Both the position numbers and the translations under genes were made by a program. Below the pieces are notes generated by a model. It was not told the origin of the DNA, searched no databases, and was given only the letters and a program-made list of their open reading frames with translations. 64,000 bases of DNA. Source: Centroscyllium fabricii (lineage: Eukaryota). Of this stretch, positions 12,807 through 25,101 are shown one piece after another; the stretch's first letter is position 1; each line of letters begins with the position of its first letter. The stretch is from positions 44,578,001 to 44,642,000 of the forward strand of contig JBNRSN020000023.1 of the NCBI GenBank assembly GCA_051313645.2. Direction: 5' to 3'.

Positions 12807-12993
12807 TACTTACAGTGGAGATGCCTCACGGAACTTTACAGATTGGTGCATCATAATAGGACATGGAGCAGGGGAGAGAACAAAAGAGGGTCAGCAGAGG
12901 CTAAAGCATGGTCAAAAACAAGGGTGTTAAGGAGACTCTTGAAAGTGTTGGGGGTTAAATTGGATAACCCCCGAGAATGGGCGCAGTGATTGT

Positions 12994-14177
12994 CTTCTTC
13001 TTCTTACATAGAAACATAGAAACATAGAAGATAGGAGCAGGAGTCGGCCATTCGGCCCTTTGAGCCTGCTCCGCCATTCAATGAGATCATGGCTGATCAT
13101 CCAAACCCAGTACCCCGCCCCTGCCTTGTCCCCATATCCCTCGATCCCTATCGAGCCTGCACCGACACATATCCCTCCCTATCCCCGTAACCCCACATAT
13201 TCAATCCACCTAACATTAAGGGTCAATTTATCATGGCCAATCAACCTAACCCATACATCTTTGGACTGTGGGAGGAAACCGGAGCACCCGGAGGAAACCC
13301 ACGCAGACACGGGGAGAATGTGCAAACTCCACACAGATAGTCACCCGAGGCCGGATTTGAACCCGGGTCTCTAGTGCTGTAAGGCAACAGTGCTAACCAC
13401 TATGCCACCATGCTGCCCCTCGGAACCGAGGATGACTTGCTTCCACATTAAAAATGAGTTCTCAGGTGACTGATGAGTCCAATGCGGGACCTACAGTCTC
13501 TGTCCCAGGTGGGGCAGACGGTGGTTGAAGGGGCGGGTGGGTGGGGTGCTTGGGTTGACGTGTGCTCCTTGTGCTGCCTGCACTTGGCTTCCACTTGCTC
13601 CCGGCGAAGAGACTCGAGGTGTTCGGCGCCTTCCCGGATGCTTCTCCTCCACTTTGTGCGGCCTTGGGCCAGGGATTCCCAGGTGTCGGTGGGGATGTTA
13701 CACTTTTTCAAGGAGGCTTTGAGGGTGTCCTTGAAGCATTTCCTCTGCCCACCTGGGGCTCTCTTGCCGAGCGCTTTTTTGGGAGTCTTGTATCGGGCAT
13801 GCAGACAATGTGACCCGTCTATCGGAGCTGATCGAGCGTGGTCAAAGCTTCGATACTGGGGATGTTGGCCTGAGCAAGAACACTGACATTGGTGCGCCTA
13901 TCCTGCCAATGGATTTGCAGGATCTTGCGGAGGCAGTGTTGGTGGTACCTCTCCAGTGCTTTGAGGTGCCTGCTGTACATGGTCCATGTCCCTGGGGCAT
14001 ACAGCAGGGCGGGTATCACTGCTGCTCTGTAGACCATGAGCTTGGTGCCAGGCTTGAGGTCCTGGTCTTCAAACACTCTCTTCCTCAGGCGACCGAAGGC
14101 TGCACTGGCACACTGAAGGCGGTGTTGGACTTTGTCATCGACGTCTGCCCTTGTAGACAGTCGGCTCCCAAGGTAAG
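12994..14177 (-). mobile_element. RTE-clade LINE 3' fragment
   Basis: ORFs 13819-14235 (ASAAFGRLRKRVF...KLMVYRAAVIPALLY) and 13448-13711 (C-terminal CPT..RDC.SRIGLISHLRTH). (GAA)n tail at 12994-13004; 8-bp TSD gtgattgt/gtgatcgt. Confidence 0.88.
13006..13418 (-). mobile_element. HE1-type tRNA-derived SINE with CR1-type tail
   Basis: tRNA head (tggcatagtggttagcac...gttcaaatcc), central tgtggagtttgcacattctccccgtgtctgcgtgggtttcctcc and (ttctatgt)n tail; inserted in the RTE 3' end. Confidence 0.88.
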
Positions 14178-14453
14178 GTGATCGTGATGCGCGATTAACC
14201 CGCACCTGTTGAGCGGAGAGGAGGCAACCCGGCAACTTTGTGCTGCCTGCTCATTGTAATGATCTCAGCGTGCAGTCAGCGCTCCCCGCGCTGTTCTTTG
14301 GCTGCATGCGTCAGCAGGGGGCCCAATATCGTGAGAACCAACCACTGCTTAAAGCTAGCTTGCATTACTTAAAGGGGAGGTGCAGTGTGGCTGCTGAAGG
14401 TGCTGAGATGATTGGGAATATTGTGCTGTGCAACAATCAACAGTGGTTGACCA

Positions 14454-16290
14454 TGAGAGAGTGCGGGCAAAAAGGTTTTCGGACGCTGCTCTGAAGGTCT
14501 TGGTTGCAGAGCTGGAATGGAGAGGTGTCCTGTAGCCTAAGGGGGGCCATAGGCTCTCCAGACACATGCTCAGAAGACAGTGGCAAGAGATAGTGCAGGA
14601 GGTCAATGATAGGAGTATAGCTGCAAGAACATGGACGCAGTGCAGGAAGAAGTTTAAGGATCTCACATAAGTGGTCATGGTCAGTGAATTCATCATCAAA
14701 TACCATATCCTACCAACTGCACCACTAGCCTCAACCACTGCTCAATGCACCATACCCCCATCACCCATCTACCGACAATCTCTATCAAACAGGACTCATA
14801 CTTAACATTCACAGCTTCACCTTCCCCTCACACATTTAGCACTGTTGCAAGCCTCAAACCCACATCTCACAGCTTGCACACACTGGCAGCTCTTCAGCCA
14901 TGACAGCCACACAGATTACCCGACACTCACTGACACACTTCCCTCTCTCTTGCAGGAGAAGGTGGCACACAACCGAAGGCAGCAGGAACTAGCCAGAAGG
15001 TGAGAGGCACGCCTGCATGTCCTAACCCCCATGGAGGAGATGGTATCGGGCATGCGGACATTATGGGCAGGGTCTTTGTTGTTGAGGGTGTTGAAGATTG
15101 CCTCAACAATACATATACAGGTTGAGCACCGGTAATCCGTTAACCGGAAAACCGGCAGCTTCAGTCGCTTGACATAAATTGCCCCGACTGCCCTGCGCAT
15201 GCGCAAAATGGTCGCCGCACTTGATGATTTGGCGAAAGATCTGCGCATGCGCAGCTCATTCACAATGAGCTCCGCGGGCCGGGCCTCCCCGAGTCTCTCC
15301 GAGCCGATCGCGGGCCGGGCGTCCCCGAACGATAAGCGCATGCGCAGACCACTCAAAATGGCCGCCGGCCTTTCGCGGCGGCCATTTTGAATGGTCTGCG
15401 CATGCGCTCGCCGAAGCTTCAATCGTTCGGGATTTTCACTTTCCCGGCACGGGCCTGGTCCCACCCATGCCGGGTTAACAGTGCTCAACCTGTACCTAGT
15501 CCTCTTTCTCTCATCCTACTTCTCCCTCATCCCACAATCTCTTCTGACTGACAAGCTGCAGATGGTGTAAGCACACACTTCTTACTTTCCCCTCCCCTCT
15601 CACTATAACCCGACCCTTGTCCCTTTTATCCTTTCACATATCCCAGAACTGCAACCTGCCCAGGCAGAGGAGGAAGAGCAAGAAGACAGTGAAGGTGATG
15701 ACGCACTGTCACTCGATTTCACTGCCGCAGCCACCAGCTCAGATACTGACAGTGCGCGTCATTTAGAGGATAGCATAGAGGTGGGATCTGCACGTGGTGA
15801 GACACCAGCCACAAGTGGGCTGCAGCCGGAGCTGGGGGAAAGGATAGCGCAGGTGCCAGCTCGCCGGAGGGTGAAATCGCACACTGGTTCTGCTGCAGTG
15901 AACTCAGATGATGACTTTGATGGTCCAGGCTACAGAAGAATGCTGATGGGTTTACATAACCAACTGCTTGGTGCACTGGAAAGCCTGTCAGAAAGCCGGC
16001 GTTCAATGTTAAGGAGCATGGAGGTGTCTGGCACCAACTTGGCACAGGGCTTTGTGCAGCGCTTGGAGCCCGTCCTTTCCAGCGTGGAACAGGTGGCTGC
16101 CTCAAGCAGCACACCTGTGGAACCCACCATGAAGCAGCGTCTGATGGCCGATGTCTCCGCTTCCGTTGCAGCACAAGCAGCACCTACCCAGCGTCTGAGT
16201 GCTGCAGTGGAAGCTCAAACTGCTGCCATCTTGGCTTTGCATACCATGGTTCATTGGGGTTTCCAGGGCACCACAGCACTCCAACAGATA
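14454..16290 (+). pseudogene. Harbinger Myb/SANT-like (NAIF1/MSANTD-like) DNA-binding gene remnant, ~3 exons
   Basis: Exon 1 reads RFSDAALKVLVAELEW...RQWQEIVQEVNDRSIAARTWTQCRKKFKDL with a donor near 14680. Acceptor ctctcttgcag at 14955 is followed by EKVAHNRRQQ...LTPMEEMV. A later coiled-coil-like segment lies in ORF 15781-16440. In-frame stops present. Confidence 0.78.
15118..15492. mobile_element. Tigger/pogo-like MITE
   Basis: TIR caggttgagcac / gtgctcaacctg with TA TSD on both sides; related to 27872-28547. Confidence 0.85.
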
Positions 16291-16489
16291 TGCTCCCTAA
16301 AGACCGTCTGCGGATATGGTTTCCTGCTGAGAGCATTTCTTCCCCCTCCTCCTCCTCCTCCCTCTTCCAGCAGCTTGTCCTGCTCTGCGTGGCCTCTGCT
16401 GACACTCCCAGTCATGCTCAATGTCAAGAGGAAGCCGTGATAGGCCACCCATGTCTGGAAGCAACTGGTTTGTGACCAAGCCTTTAAGT

Positions 16490-16925
16490 CAGCAGTCCCC
16501 AACCTTTGTGCGTTCGCGGCCCGTTTTGGGCTTGTCAATTTCTTCGCGGACCGGTGGGGGGTCCTGACGGAGATTTTTACTCTCAGCGGGGGGGGAGGTG
16601 GGGGGGAGACGGTCATTTTTATTCTCACCAGGGGAGGAGGCTGACGGAGATTTCATAGGTTACCGGCGGATTTGCTGCCTTCCGTCTGAGCCTCCTCCGG
16701 CGGCTGAAGGTTCTGAGATTCAGCGCATGCGCCGATTCACAGACATTGCATCGGCCAGTGTCGATCAATTCACAACGGGCCGTGGCAGGGTCTGTGATTC
16801 GCCGCATGCGCCGAACATTAGCCAAAGGTCCGCGGCAAGGGTGTTGTATCTGCGCATGCGCGGATTCTACAAATCTTCCGTGGACCGGTAAAACTGTCCC
16901 GCGGACCGGCGGTTGGAGCCCGCTG
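16490..16925. mobile_element. hAT (Charlie-like) MITE
   Basis: Perfect 8-bp TSD ctttaagt (16482-16489, 16926-16933); TIR cagcagtccccaacc / ggttggagcccgctg. Confidence 0.88.
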
Positions 16926-17957
16926 CTTTAAGTCACCAAAAAAGTACTCTAGCAGCAGCCAGATCACTCTCTGCAGACTATTAAAACTGTTAACAAGTAT
17001 GGAAAAGCAACAGCCAGAAGAAATAATCCAGCAACTCGCCAGTAAGTAGTTGATGATCCATTTAAATACGCTGGTGGGTGGCGGGGGCGGGGGGGGGGGG
17101 ATCCTTCATGCATTAAGGGCGTAGGCTGGAGCATGGAGCTCCAAAAAGGCAGCACTGGCATCAAATCAATGTTGCATTCTGATTGACGTCATGACCTGCC
17201 TGTTCTGCATGCTGCCGGCGGTCGTTGGGTGCGCGTGCAAGCATCTTTATGAAGATGGCGTCCGGCGCACTTCCCATTGGAAGTGTGCGCTGCGGATGCC
17301 ATTTTTGACGCTTAAGGAGGCTCATAGCGCACAAAAACTGGGCGCTACCGAGCCCAATTTCGCCCCCATTGTATTTCATAGTTGTCTATAATTTCACACA
17401 TTCTTTCCCCGTGAAAATCTCAATCAGTGGCGTTTCCCATCATTAGTTTAAAATATCACGCAAATATACTTTATTAAAGACTGCCAGAGAGAAGACAGTT
17501 AAAATATCAGCGCTGTTTTTAACAAGGTCAGCTTGTTTCGTCTTTACTATCAGCTTGCGGGGAGAGAGTGTGCGCAATGCATTGTCGGGTGTTAATTGGA
17601 ACCTGGGGTTCCCGTACAAAGGTATGGACTGAATCATTACAGGGTATCCAAGGTAGGGCTTAATAAGCTTCAAATTCTTTCTAGGCAGGTAGATTTATGT
17701 GAAGGATTAAGATTTTATGAATTATACGAGCTAGTGAGCAAACACAGCTGTTTCTGCCTCAGATAAAAGGAGAACTTAAAATATACAGCAACTTTGAAAT
17801 TGACATTAATGCACATGGCTTGGTTATCATATTTTGGTTGATATAAATGACTGTCCAGTTTAAGCATGGACATTTTAAGGGGTGGGGACGGTATCGATAT
17901 TTCACGTTAATTCGGGAGCTCTAATGTCTTCCACAACACAGTAAAAGCAGGAATAAC

Positions 17958-18186
17958 ACAGAAAACGCTGGAAAAACTCAGCAGGCCAGGCAGCATCGGT
18001 GGAGAGAGAAACAGAGTTAACGTTTCAGGTCGATGATCTTTCTTGAGAACTGGAGGCCGTGCTCATGAGTGCGGAACTTGGCTATCAGCCTCTGCTCGAC
18101 GATTTTGCGTTGTCATTGGTCTCGAAGGCTGCCTTGGAGAATGCTTACCCGAAGATCGGAGGCTGAATGTCCTTGACTGCTGAAGT
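17958..18186 (-). mobile_element. Penelope-type terminal repeat plus a GIY-YIG fragment
   Basis: 17958-18050 matches the repeat at 45685, 59056 and 63795; 18054-18186 matches the endonuclease region ~41920-42050. Confidence 0.7.
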
Positions 18187-18214
18187 ATAAGAGGTTAGAG
18201 TAGAACGACGGCGC

Positions 18215-19329
18215 ACAGGTTCAAACTGGTAAAAAGTTATTTTGGGACAGATAATCAGGAAATTCTTCTTCACACAAAGAGTGATCAATGTGTGAAAAAC
18301 TTCCCGATAGAGCAGTGGAGGTGAAAACACTGGAATCTAAACTTGCAGAATGGTCATATCTTGGTAGGAAGAATAGGGAGGTCACTTATCACTTGGAGGG
18401 TGTGAGTCTGGGTGACGTAGACGAGTAAAGGGATCTGGGAGTACAAATACACAAATCACTAAAAGCGACACAGGTTAACGAGGCCACTAAAAAAGCAAAC
18501 CAGGCACTAGGGTTTATTTCTAGAGGGATAGAATTGAAAAGTAGGGAAGTTATGCTAAACCTGTATCGAACCTTGGTCAGACCACACTTGGAGCACTGCG
18601 TACAGTTCTGGTAAAAAGGATATAGAGGCACTGGAGAGGGTGCAGAGAAGATTTACAAGGATGATACCAGAAATGCGAGGATATACATATCAGGAAAGGA
18701 TTAACAGGCTGGGTCTCCTTTCTCTTGAAAACAGAAGGCTGAGGGGCAATGAGGTCACATATCAGCAAATGGTGTCACAACGGTCCTGGAAATATCAGAG
18801 TGTAGGACATAAGAACTTAATAAATAGGAGCAGGAGTCAGCCATTTGGCCCTTCGAGCCTGCTCCGCCATTCAATAAGATCATGGCTGATATTCTACCTC
18901 ATCTCCACTTTCCTGCTCTATCCCCATATCCCGTGATGCCCTTAATATTCAAAAATCTATCAATCTCTGTATTGAATATAATCAACGACTGAGCCTCCAC
19001 AGCCCTCTGGGGTAGAGAATTCCAAAGATTCACCACCCTCTGAGTGAAGAAATTTCTTCTCATCTCAGTCCTAAATGGCTGACCCCTTATTATGAGACTG
19101 TGACCCCTGGTTCCCAGCCAGGGAATAGATCCTCTCAGCATCTACCCTGTCAAGTCCTGTATGAATTTTGTATGTTTCAATGAGATCACCTCTCATTCTT
19201 CTAAACTCTCTGGGGAGAGGGCAGGTATGGGGTACTGAGCTTGGATCATCAGCCATGATCTCATCGAATGGCGGAGCAGGCTCAAGGGGCCGAATGGCCG
19301 ACTCCTGCTCCTATCTTCTATGTTTCTAT
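18215..19329. mobile_element. Cluster of CR1 fragments (+ 18215-18750, - 18807-19210, + 3'UTR 19210-19329)
   Basis: ORFs 18640-18936 and 18899-19141 carry CR1 C-terminal motifs (RRNFFTQRVVNLWNSLP). Confidence 0.8.
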
Positions 19330-20088
19330 GGGGGCTAAATTAGTCAGCGCACAAAAGTGGCGCTGACCTGGGCGATGCGCTATTTTTAGCGCCAGCTCAT
19401 CGTTGGCACTAAAAATGCCGATATTGGCCGCATCTCCCATTCCGTTTGGGCGGGCGCTAAATTGGGCGGGCCGGCTCGCTCTTAGTGTGAGGCGGCCGAA
19501 TACCGGGCCGTTAGCGCAGCGCTGCGTGAGGGAGGCCGCAGCGGCGGCCTGCGGAATGGCAGGCCGGCCTCCCCCATTAAAGGGGAGGGGCCTAGCGCGG
19601 CTGCAGTGAGAGCTCCGCGGAGCCGCCGAGGGACCGAGAGCCGCAGAACGAGCCCTGCACTCAGAGGAAGAGCCGGGCTCAGCTGACGGAAGCCTCACCC
19701 CGCCAGGGAGCAGCGGGGGAGGCCGGGTGAAGCCGAGGGGGAAGGTGCTGGCGGCCAGCCAGCAATAAAAATGGCCGACCACCGCACTTGCCTTCAAGCA
19801 GTGCTCGGGCGCTGCTGTTTGGACAGAAAAAAGCTGGCGCTGGCAGAGCGCCACGATAAAATGGTGGCCGCTGTCCAATTTTGGGCGCGCAGTGCCTCCC
19901 AGGCACTGTGCAGCCTTATGATGTAATTCAGGATGTCCAGCTGGGCGCTAAATTCATTGGGGCGCTGACAGTTAGCCCCCAGTTTAGCACCCAGTTGAAT
20001 TGAGCGCTGGGCGCTATTTCTGGCACTAATTCAGCGCTGGCCCATTAGCGCCCTAACAGGCCGGCGCTAGAGCGCGAATGTCATGCCC
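19330..20088. mobile_element. GC-rich Harbinger-like MITE
   Basis: GGG...CCC ends, 3-bp TSD tat; interior shared with 43562, 46229 and 47478 (ttaaaggggagggcctagcgcggc). Confidence 0.7.
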
Positions 20089-20099
20089 TATGACTCTAT

Positions 20100-20828
20100 G
20101 ACCTGGGTGTTCTTGTGCACCAGTCGCTGAAGGCGAGCACGCAGGTGCAGCAGGTGGTTAGGAAGGCAAATGGTGTGTTGGCCTTCATATCAAGAGGGTT
20201 CGAGTATAGGAATAAGGATACCTTACTACAGCTGTACAAGGCACTGGTGAGACCACACCTCGAGTATTGTGTACAGTTCTGGTCGCCTCGCCTGAGGAAG
20301 GATGTTCTTGCCATGGAAGGAGTGCAGCGGCGTTTCACCAGGCTGATTCCTGGAATGGCAGGAATGACCTACGAGGAGAGATTATGTAGTCTGGGCTTGT
20401 ACTCGTTGGAGTTTAGAAGATTGAGAGGCGATCTCATTGAGACGTATAAAATTCTGAAAGGTCTGGACAGGTTAGATTCAGAGAGAATGTTTCCAATGGC
20501 GGGGGAGTCCAGAACCAGGGGCCACGGTCTAAGAATAAGGGGTAAGCCATTTAGGACAGACATGAGGAAGAATTTCTTCACTCAGAGAGTGGTGGGCCTG
20601 TGGAATTCCTTGCCACAGAGGGCGGTGGAGGCCAGTTCATTAAACATATTCAAGAGGGAATTAGATATATTTCTTCAAGCTAAAGGGATTAAAGGTTACG
20701 GAGAAAAGGCGGGGACGGGGTACTAGCTTACTAAAGATCAGCCATGATCTCATTGAATGGCGGAGCAGGCTCGAAGGGCTGAATGGCCTACTCCTGCTCC
20801 TATCTTCTATGATTCTATGATTCTATGA
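20100..20828 (+). mobile_element. Young 5'-truncated CR1
   Basis: Open ORF 20115-20726 is nearly identical to the C-terminus of 52772-54937; (gattctat)n tail. Confidence 0.92.
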
Positions 20829-22490
20829 CCTCAAAAAACTCTTAACAGATTCGACAAACACGATTTCCCTTTCATAAATCCATGTTGACTCTGCCTATTT
20901 TCTAAGTGCCCAGTTACCACGTCCTTAATAATATATTCTAGCATTTTCCCTACTACTGATGTCAGGCTAAGTGGTCTGTCATTCCCCGTTTTCTCTCTCC
21001 CTCCTTTCTGAAATAGTGGGGTTACATTTGCTACCTTTCAATCTGTGGGAACCGTTCTAGAATCTATAGAATTTTGGAAAATGACAATCAATGCATCGAC
21101 GATCTCTATAGCCACCTCTTTCAAAACCCTAGGGTGCAGGCCATCAGATCCAGATTTACCGGCTTTCAGTCCCATTCATTTCTCCAGTTCTATTTTTTTC
21201 ACTGATACCAGTTTCTTTCAATTGCTCATTCTCGCGAGAGCCTTGGTTCTTCACTATTTCCGGGAATTTTTTTCCGTCTTCTTTGGTGAAGGCAGACACT
21301 CAGGGCGTGATCTTGCCAGCCCTGAGGGGGGGGGGGGCGGGTTTGGAGGTGGGACTGCTGGGAAAATAGCAGAATCTGTGGCAGGTGCCCAACCTGCCCC
21401 CAACCCGCCTCCGTGCCATCTTCCCAGGAGGCGGGTAGCCAACCTGCGCCGGGTCCCATCTCCTGGAGGCAGGAAGGGGATTACAGCCACTTAACTTCCT
21501 GTTAACAGTTAGTTAACAGGCAGATAAGAGGATTATCCCCATTTTACCCACACAAGTGCGGGCTTCCCGAAGGCTGCGAATCCCACCAGGGTCACCGAGG
21601 TGAGTAGTGGGTCTGCGGGGGTCTGCGGGGTGCAAAAGTGCACTGTGAAGGTAAGTGATGGGTGCAAGTGTGGAGAGGTGAGTATGTAGGTAAGTGGATA
21701 GTGTTAGAAAAAGTTTAATTTTCTTTGTTTCTTCCTCCAGGCTTCAATTATTGGGGATGCGGAGAGTCTCGCATCTCCGCGGCAGAGATGACAGATGGCC
21801 ATTGCATTCTTCAATGCAACAACCATCTAATTTCTGCTAAAGAAAGAGGTTTGATGGGTCTTGAATTCAAGAACTCATCAAACTACAGAGAATGTCAGTG
21901 TTTGATAGCTTTGCAGAGCTGTCAAACAATGACAATTCATCTGTCAAAAATGTTAGAAAGATGAAACTAACATGGTCAATCAAGGGAAAATAGAGTGGGT
22001 TTGCCAGAAGTCATGTGAGGCGGGACTAACACCCAACAAGTGGGAGTCCCATCTCCAAAAACTCCCTATTGGCAAAATCCAGCCCTCAGCATTTGTTTAA
22101 TTTCTCTGCCATTTCCTTATTCCCCATTAGAATGTCTCCCGTCTCAGCCTGTAAGGGACCGACATTGCCTTTCACTAATCTTTTCCTTTTTGCATACTTA
22201 TAGAAGCTTTTACAGTCTGTTTTTATGTCTCTCACGAGCTTACACTCATATTTTAATTTTCCCTTTCTTTATCAATTTCTTGGTCCTCTTTTTGCTGAAT
22301 TCTAGAACCCTCCCAATTCTCAGGTTTACTACTCTTTCTGGCAACATTTTAAGCCTCTTCCATTGATCTAATACTATCTTTAACTTCTCTTGTTAGCCGT
22401 GGTTGGACCACTTTTCCGGTGGGGTTTTTGTGCCTTAAAGAAAAGTATATTAGTCATAAATTATGTATTAATCCTTTAAATGCTTCTCTA
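20829..22490 (-). mobile_element. Old degraded CR1 ORF2 fragment interrupted by a MITE
   Basis: Reverse complement of the QHGF.KGKSC, YRP.SLTSVVGK and ANVTPLF regions. Confidence 0.75.
21303..22085 (+). mobile_element. Harbinger-like MITE
   Basis: TIR gggcgtgatcttgcc / ggcaaaatccagccc, 3-bp TSD tca; second copy at 25102-25924. Confidence 0.75.
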
Positions 22491-23134
22491 CCGTCATACT
22501 GACATCATTGAGAATTCATGAAGCAGGGGTGGCAGGAAACAACATTATGATGGATGCAAGTACTCAGAAGCCGGAATGATGTGAATAAAGGTTTCTTTAT
22601 TTTCCAATACTCTACCTCCCAGCCTTGTGTTACCGTGATTCCAATCAAAGGCTGCTGGGTACCTTAAGGTACAACATTACTCTTAAGTTTATTAGCCCGT
22701 CACCAACATCAACTTCTATTACCCTATTGTAGCTCAGCAGCAGAATGCCTCAAAGCAACAGGAAATGTAATATTATACAAAGCAAATTTGTGGGTAGTTA
22801 TCAAAGTGAGACCTTCTCGTGCTTGTAACTGAAGGCAAATAGGAAGAACAATGTCACTCATGGAGAACCGGAAAACTCTGGCTCAAGTCAACCGTGACCA
22901 ACACTGGTTCTTTTTTACAAAACACAAGGAATGGAATATGGAAAAGATATGGCATGGAACGGTTACCTTCTGCTCCAATCAATTGTTCCTGTATCCGATT
23001 TCTCTCAGATCGATGGACATTTTGTGAAAAGGTGGAGGAGATGTGGCAATGAGGAGAACCATAACAATTCGAGCGGCGGAATGGAGAGAAGGAAAGGAGA
23101 GAGAAAGGTCCACTCAGACAGAGGCAGAGACAGA

Positions 23135-23936
23135 GGCCAAACTTTTCAAGTCCCCGTGAGGTGGGGTTTTCGGCGGGTCGGACGGCAAAATAGCGGAACC
23201 GGTGGGTCTCGACCCCTCCCGCCGGATCCCCGCCGCATTTGCATTTTCCACCGCCCTGTCTCCCCGCCCCGAATCTCTCCAGCCGGCGGCCGGCGGGGAT
23301 GGTTGGTCAGCTCATTAAGGGCCCTTAATTGGCATGTGCAATGCCATTTTAAGGGCCCTTAGCAATTTTCACCCCCTTCCCACCCAAACCCCGCCATCCT
23401 AAAACCCCCCTGGTGAAAACCCAGTGGGAGCACAGTGGTCTTCCTAACTTTCTCCTTCAAGGTGTTGAAGGACCTAGAGCAAAATGCTTCCCAGGCCTTC
23501 AACACCCTGGAGGAGTAAATCACTCCCTTGGGTCAAGACCAGCTGTGGCCAAAAACTTAGAAAATTTACGTTCCCAGATTTACTGACAGCCGGCACCTAG
23601 CTGTCAAAGATTCGGAGCCTGCCCGTCCACCTGTCACTCAACAGCACTTGGCCTTTGCCATTGGTTCCACTCCACTGTGATGTCACAGTGGAGTGTTTCC
23701 ATGGGAACTGTAAACACATAGTTCCCGCAGCTGTCTGAAAACCTCCAGCAATGCCGTTTGAGCCCCGGAATTGGTGACTGGACTGCTGCACTTACCAGAG
23801 GCAACCTGCACGCGGGGATTTAATTGAGTGATTTGGCGAAAATAGTGTGGGCTTCCCAGGACCTTGGCTGGGCGGGTCAGGAACCCGCCCCGACCAATCC
23901 CCGCCAGGTTCCCTCACCTCCAGGAAAATGCCCCCC
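23135..23936. mobile_element. Harbinger-like MITE (family of 2304-3128, opposite orientation)
   Basis: 3-bp TSD aga; shared ccttcaacaccctggagg...cagctgtgg interior. Confidence 0.65.
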
Positions 23937-24079
23937 AGAGAGAGGGAGAGCATTCTTTCATTAGAGAAGTACAGCCAACAGCAAACACTTTGTTCTCAGC
24001 CGACTCCTAATAAATGACTGGCCTGCGGGGAACTGGAATCTTTGCAGAATATGAATCTGGCGTCAGAGTAAAGTCTATA

Positions 24080-24812
24080 GGGGAGAAACTCGTTATCGCC
24101 TCGTTTGGCGCTAATTATCGCCGCCGACTGCAAACTTGGCTTCTATCGCCCCTGGAGGTGATTGGAGCGCTAAATCAAGCGCTACACACATCTCTTAAGG
24201 CGCTAACACCGAGGAGTGAGGCGCTACCTCAGAGCGCTGGCGAAGCTCATGTGATGTCAGTCAGCAATGGAACACAGACACATTGGCGCCGGCCAGTTCT
24301 TAAAGGGGAGGGTCGATCTTGCTCTCAATCCACACCCTGCACATTGCAGGCTTGAATCTCGGCCTGGAGAGACAGGTACATCAAATCTGCTGGAAAAAAT
24401 AATGGAGAGGCCCAGGGAAAGATCTCAGAGTGCCGCCCCCACAGTCTCTTCTAAATCGATGCAAGGAAGGGAAAATCAAAATGAACCTGCAAAGTGCTGC
24501 TCAGTACCCAAAACTCCTCAACACAGCGTTGAATCTCTCCAGAAGTCTCTCTCTCTCTCTCTCTCCGAATGCGTGGTTCAAAAATGTCGCTGCCAAAAAC
24601 AGGCAGGAAGCGGTCGCCTTTAAATAGCGCTCCCCCAGCCCCTTCCCGACTGCAAAACACACTCCCTCAGCACTGCAGTGTCAGCCTAAATTTTTGTGCT
24701 CAAGTATCTGGAGTGGGACTTGAACCCACAACCTTCATGAATCAGAAGAGTGAGTGCTACCAACTGAGTCATGGCTGACACTGCAGGACAAGATTGTTAG
24801 GTTTTTGCCCCC
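24080..24812. mobile_element. Harbinger deletion derivative with a SINE fragment at 24655-24782
   Basis: Reverse complement of 48736-49356; retains a MERPRER start resembling the N-terminus of Harbinger Myb genes. Confidence 0.65.
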
Positions 24813-25101
24813 TAATAGGCTAAATATACATTGGCTTGTTACAGGATGATCCGTGTCCAGACACCTTTAAACGAGCTTGAAAACTAAGAAAAGATTAGAT
24901 GTTGGTTTAATGCATTTTATTCATATTATACTACCCACTACATACCGTGACTATGAGATTACTGGACAGATCTTACAGTAACCAGGAGATTACAAGTGCA
25001 GACAGATACTCATGGGAAGACTCATCATTTGGAAGAATTGTAAGTGCGTAGTTCTAACCTGTTTATGCTGGTCGAATCTAGAAGTTCAATTCCCACTGAA
25101 C

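Larger units (their letters stand above)
12950..17367 (+). mobile_element. PIF/Harbinger derivative carrying only the Myb/SANT gene, with four nested insertions
   Basis: TIRs gggggttaaattgg / cccaatttcgccccc; flanks gtt/att. The interior is continuous once the RTE+SINE, Tigger-like MITE and hAT MITE are removed. No DDE transposase seen. Confidence 0.72.

Noticed and set aside
17380-17950. Non-repetitive AT-rich stretch as a conserved enhancer
   Set aside because: Cannot be supported without alignments.
22967-23110. Minus-strand open frame ending at gaag|gtaacc
   Set aside because: No convincing acceptor or homology.
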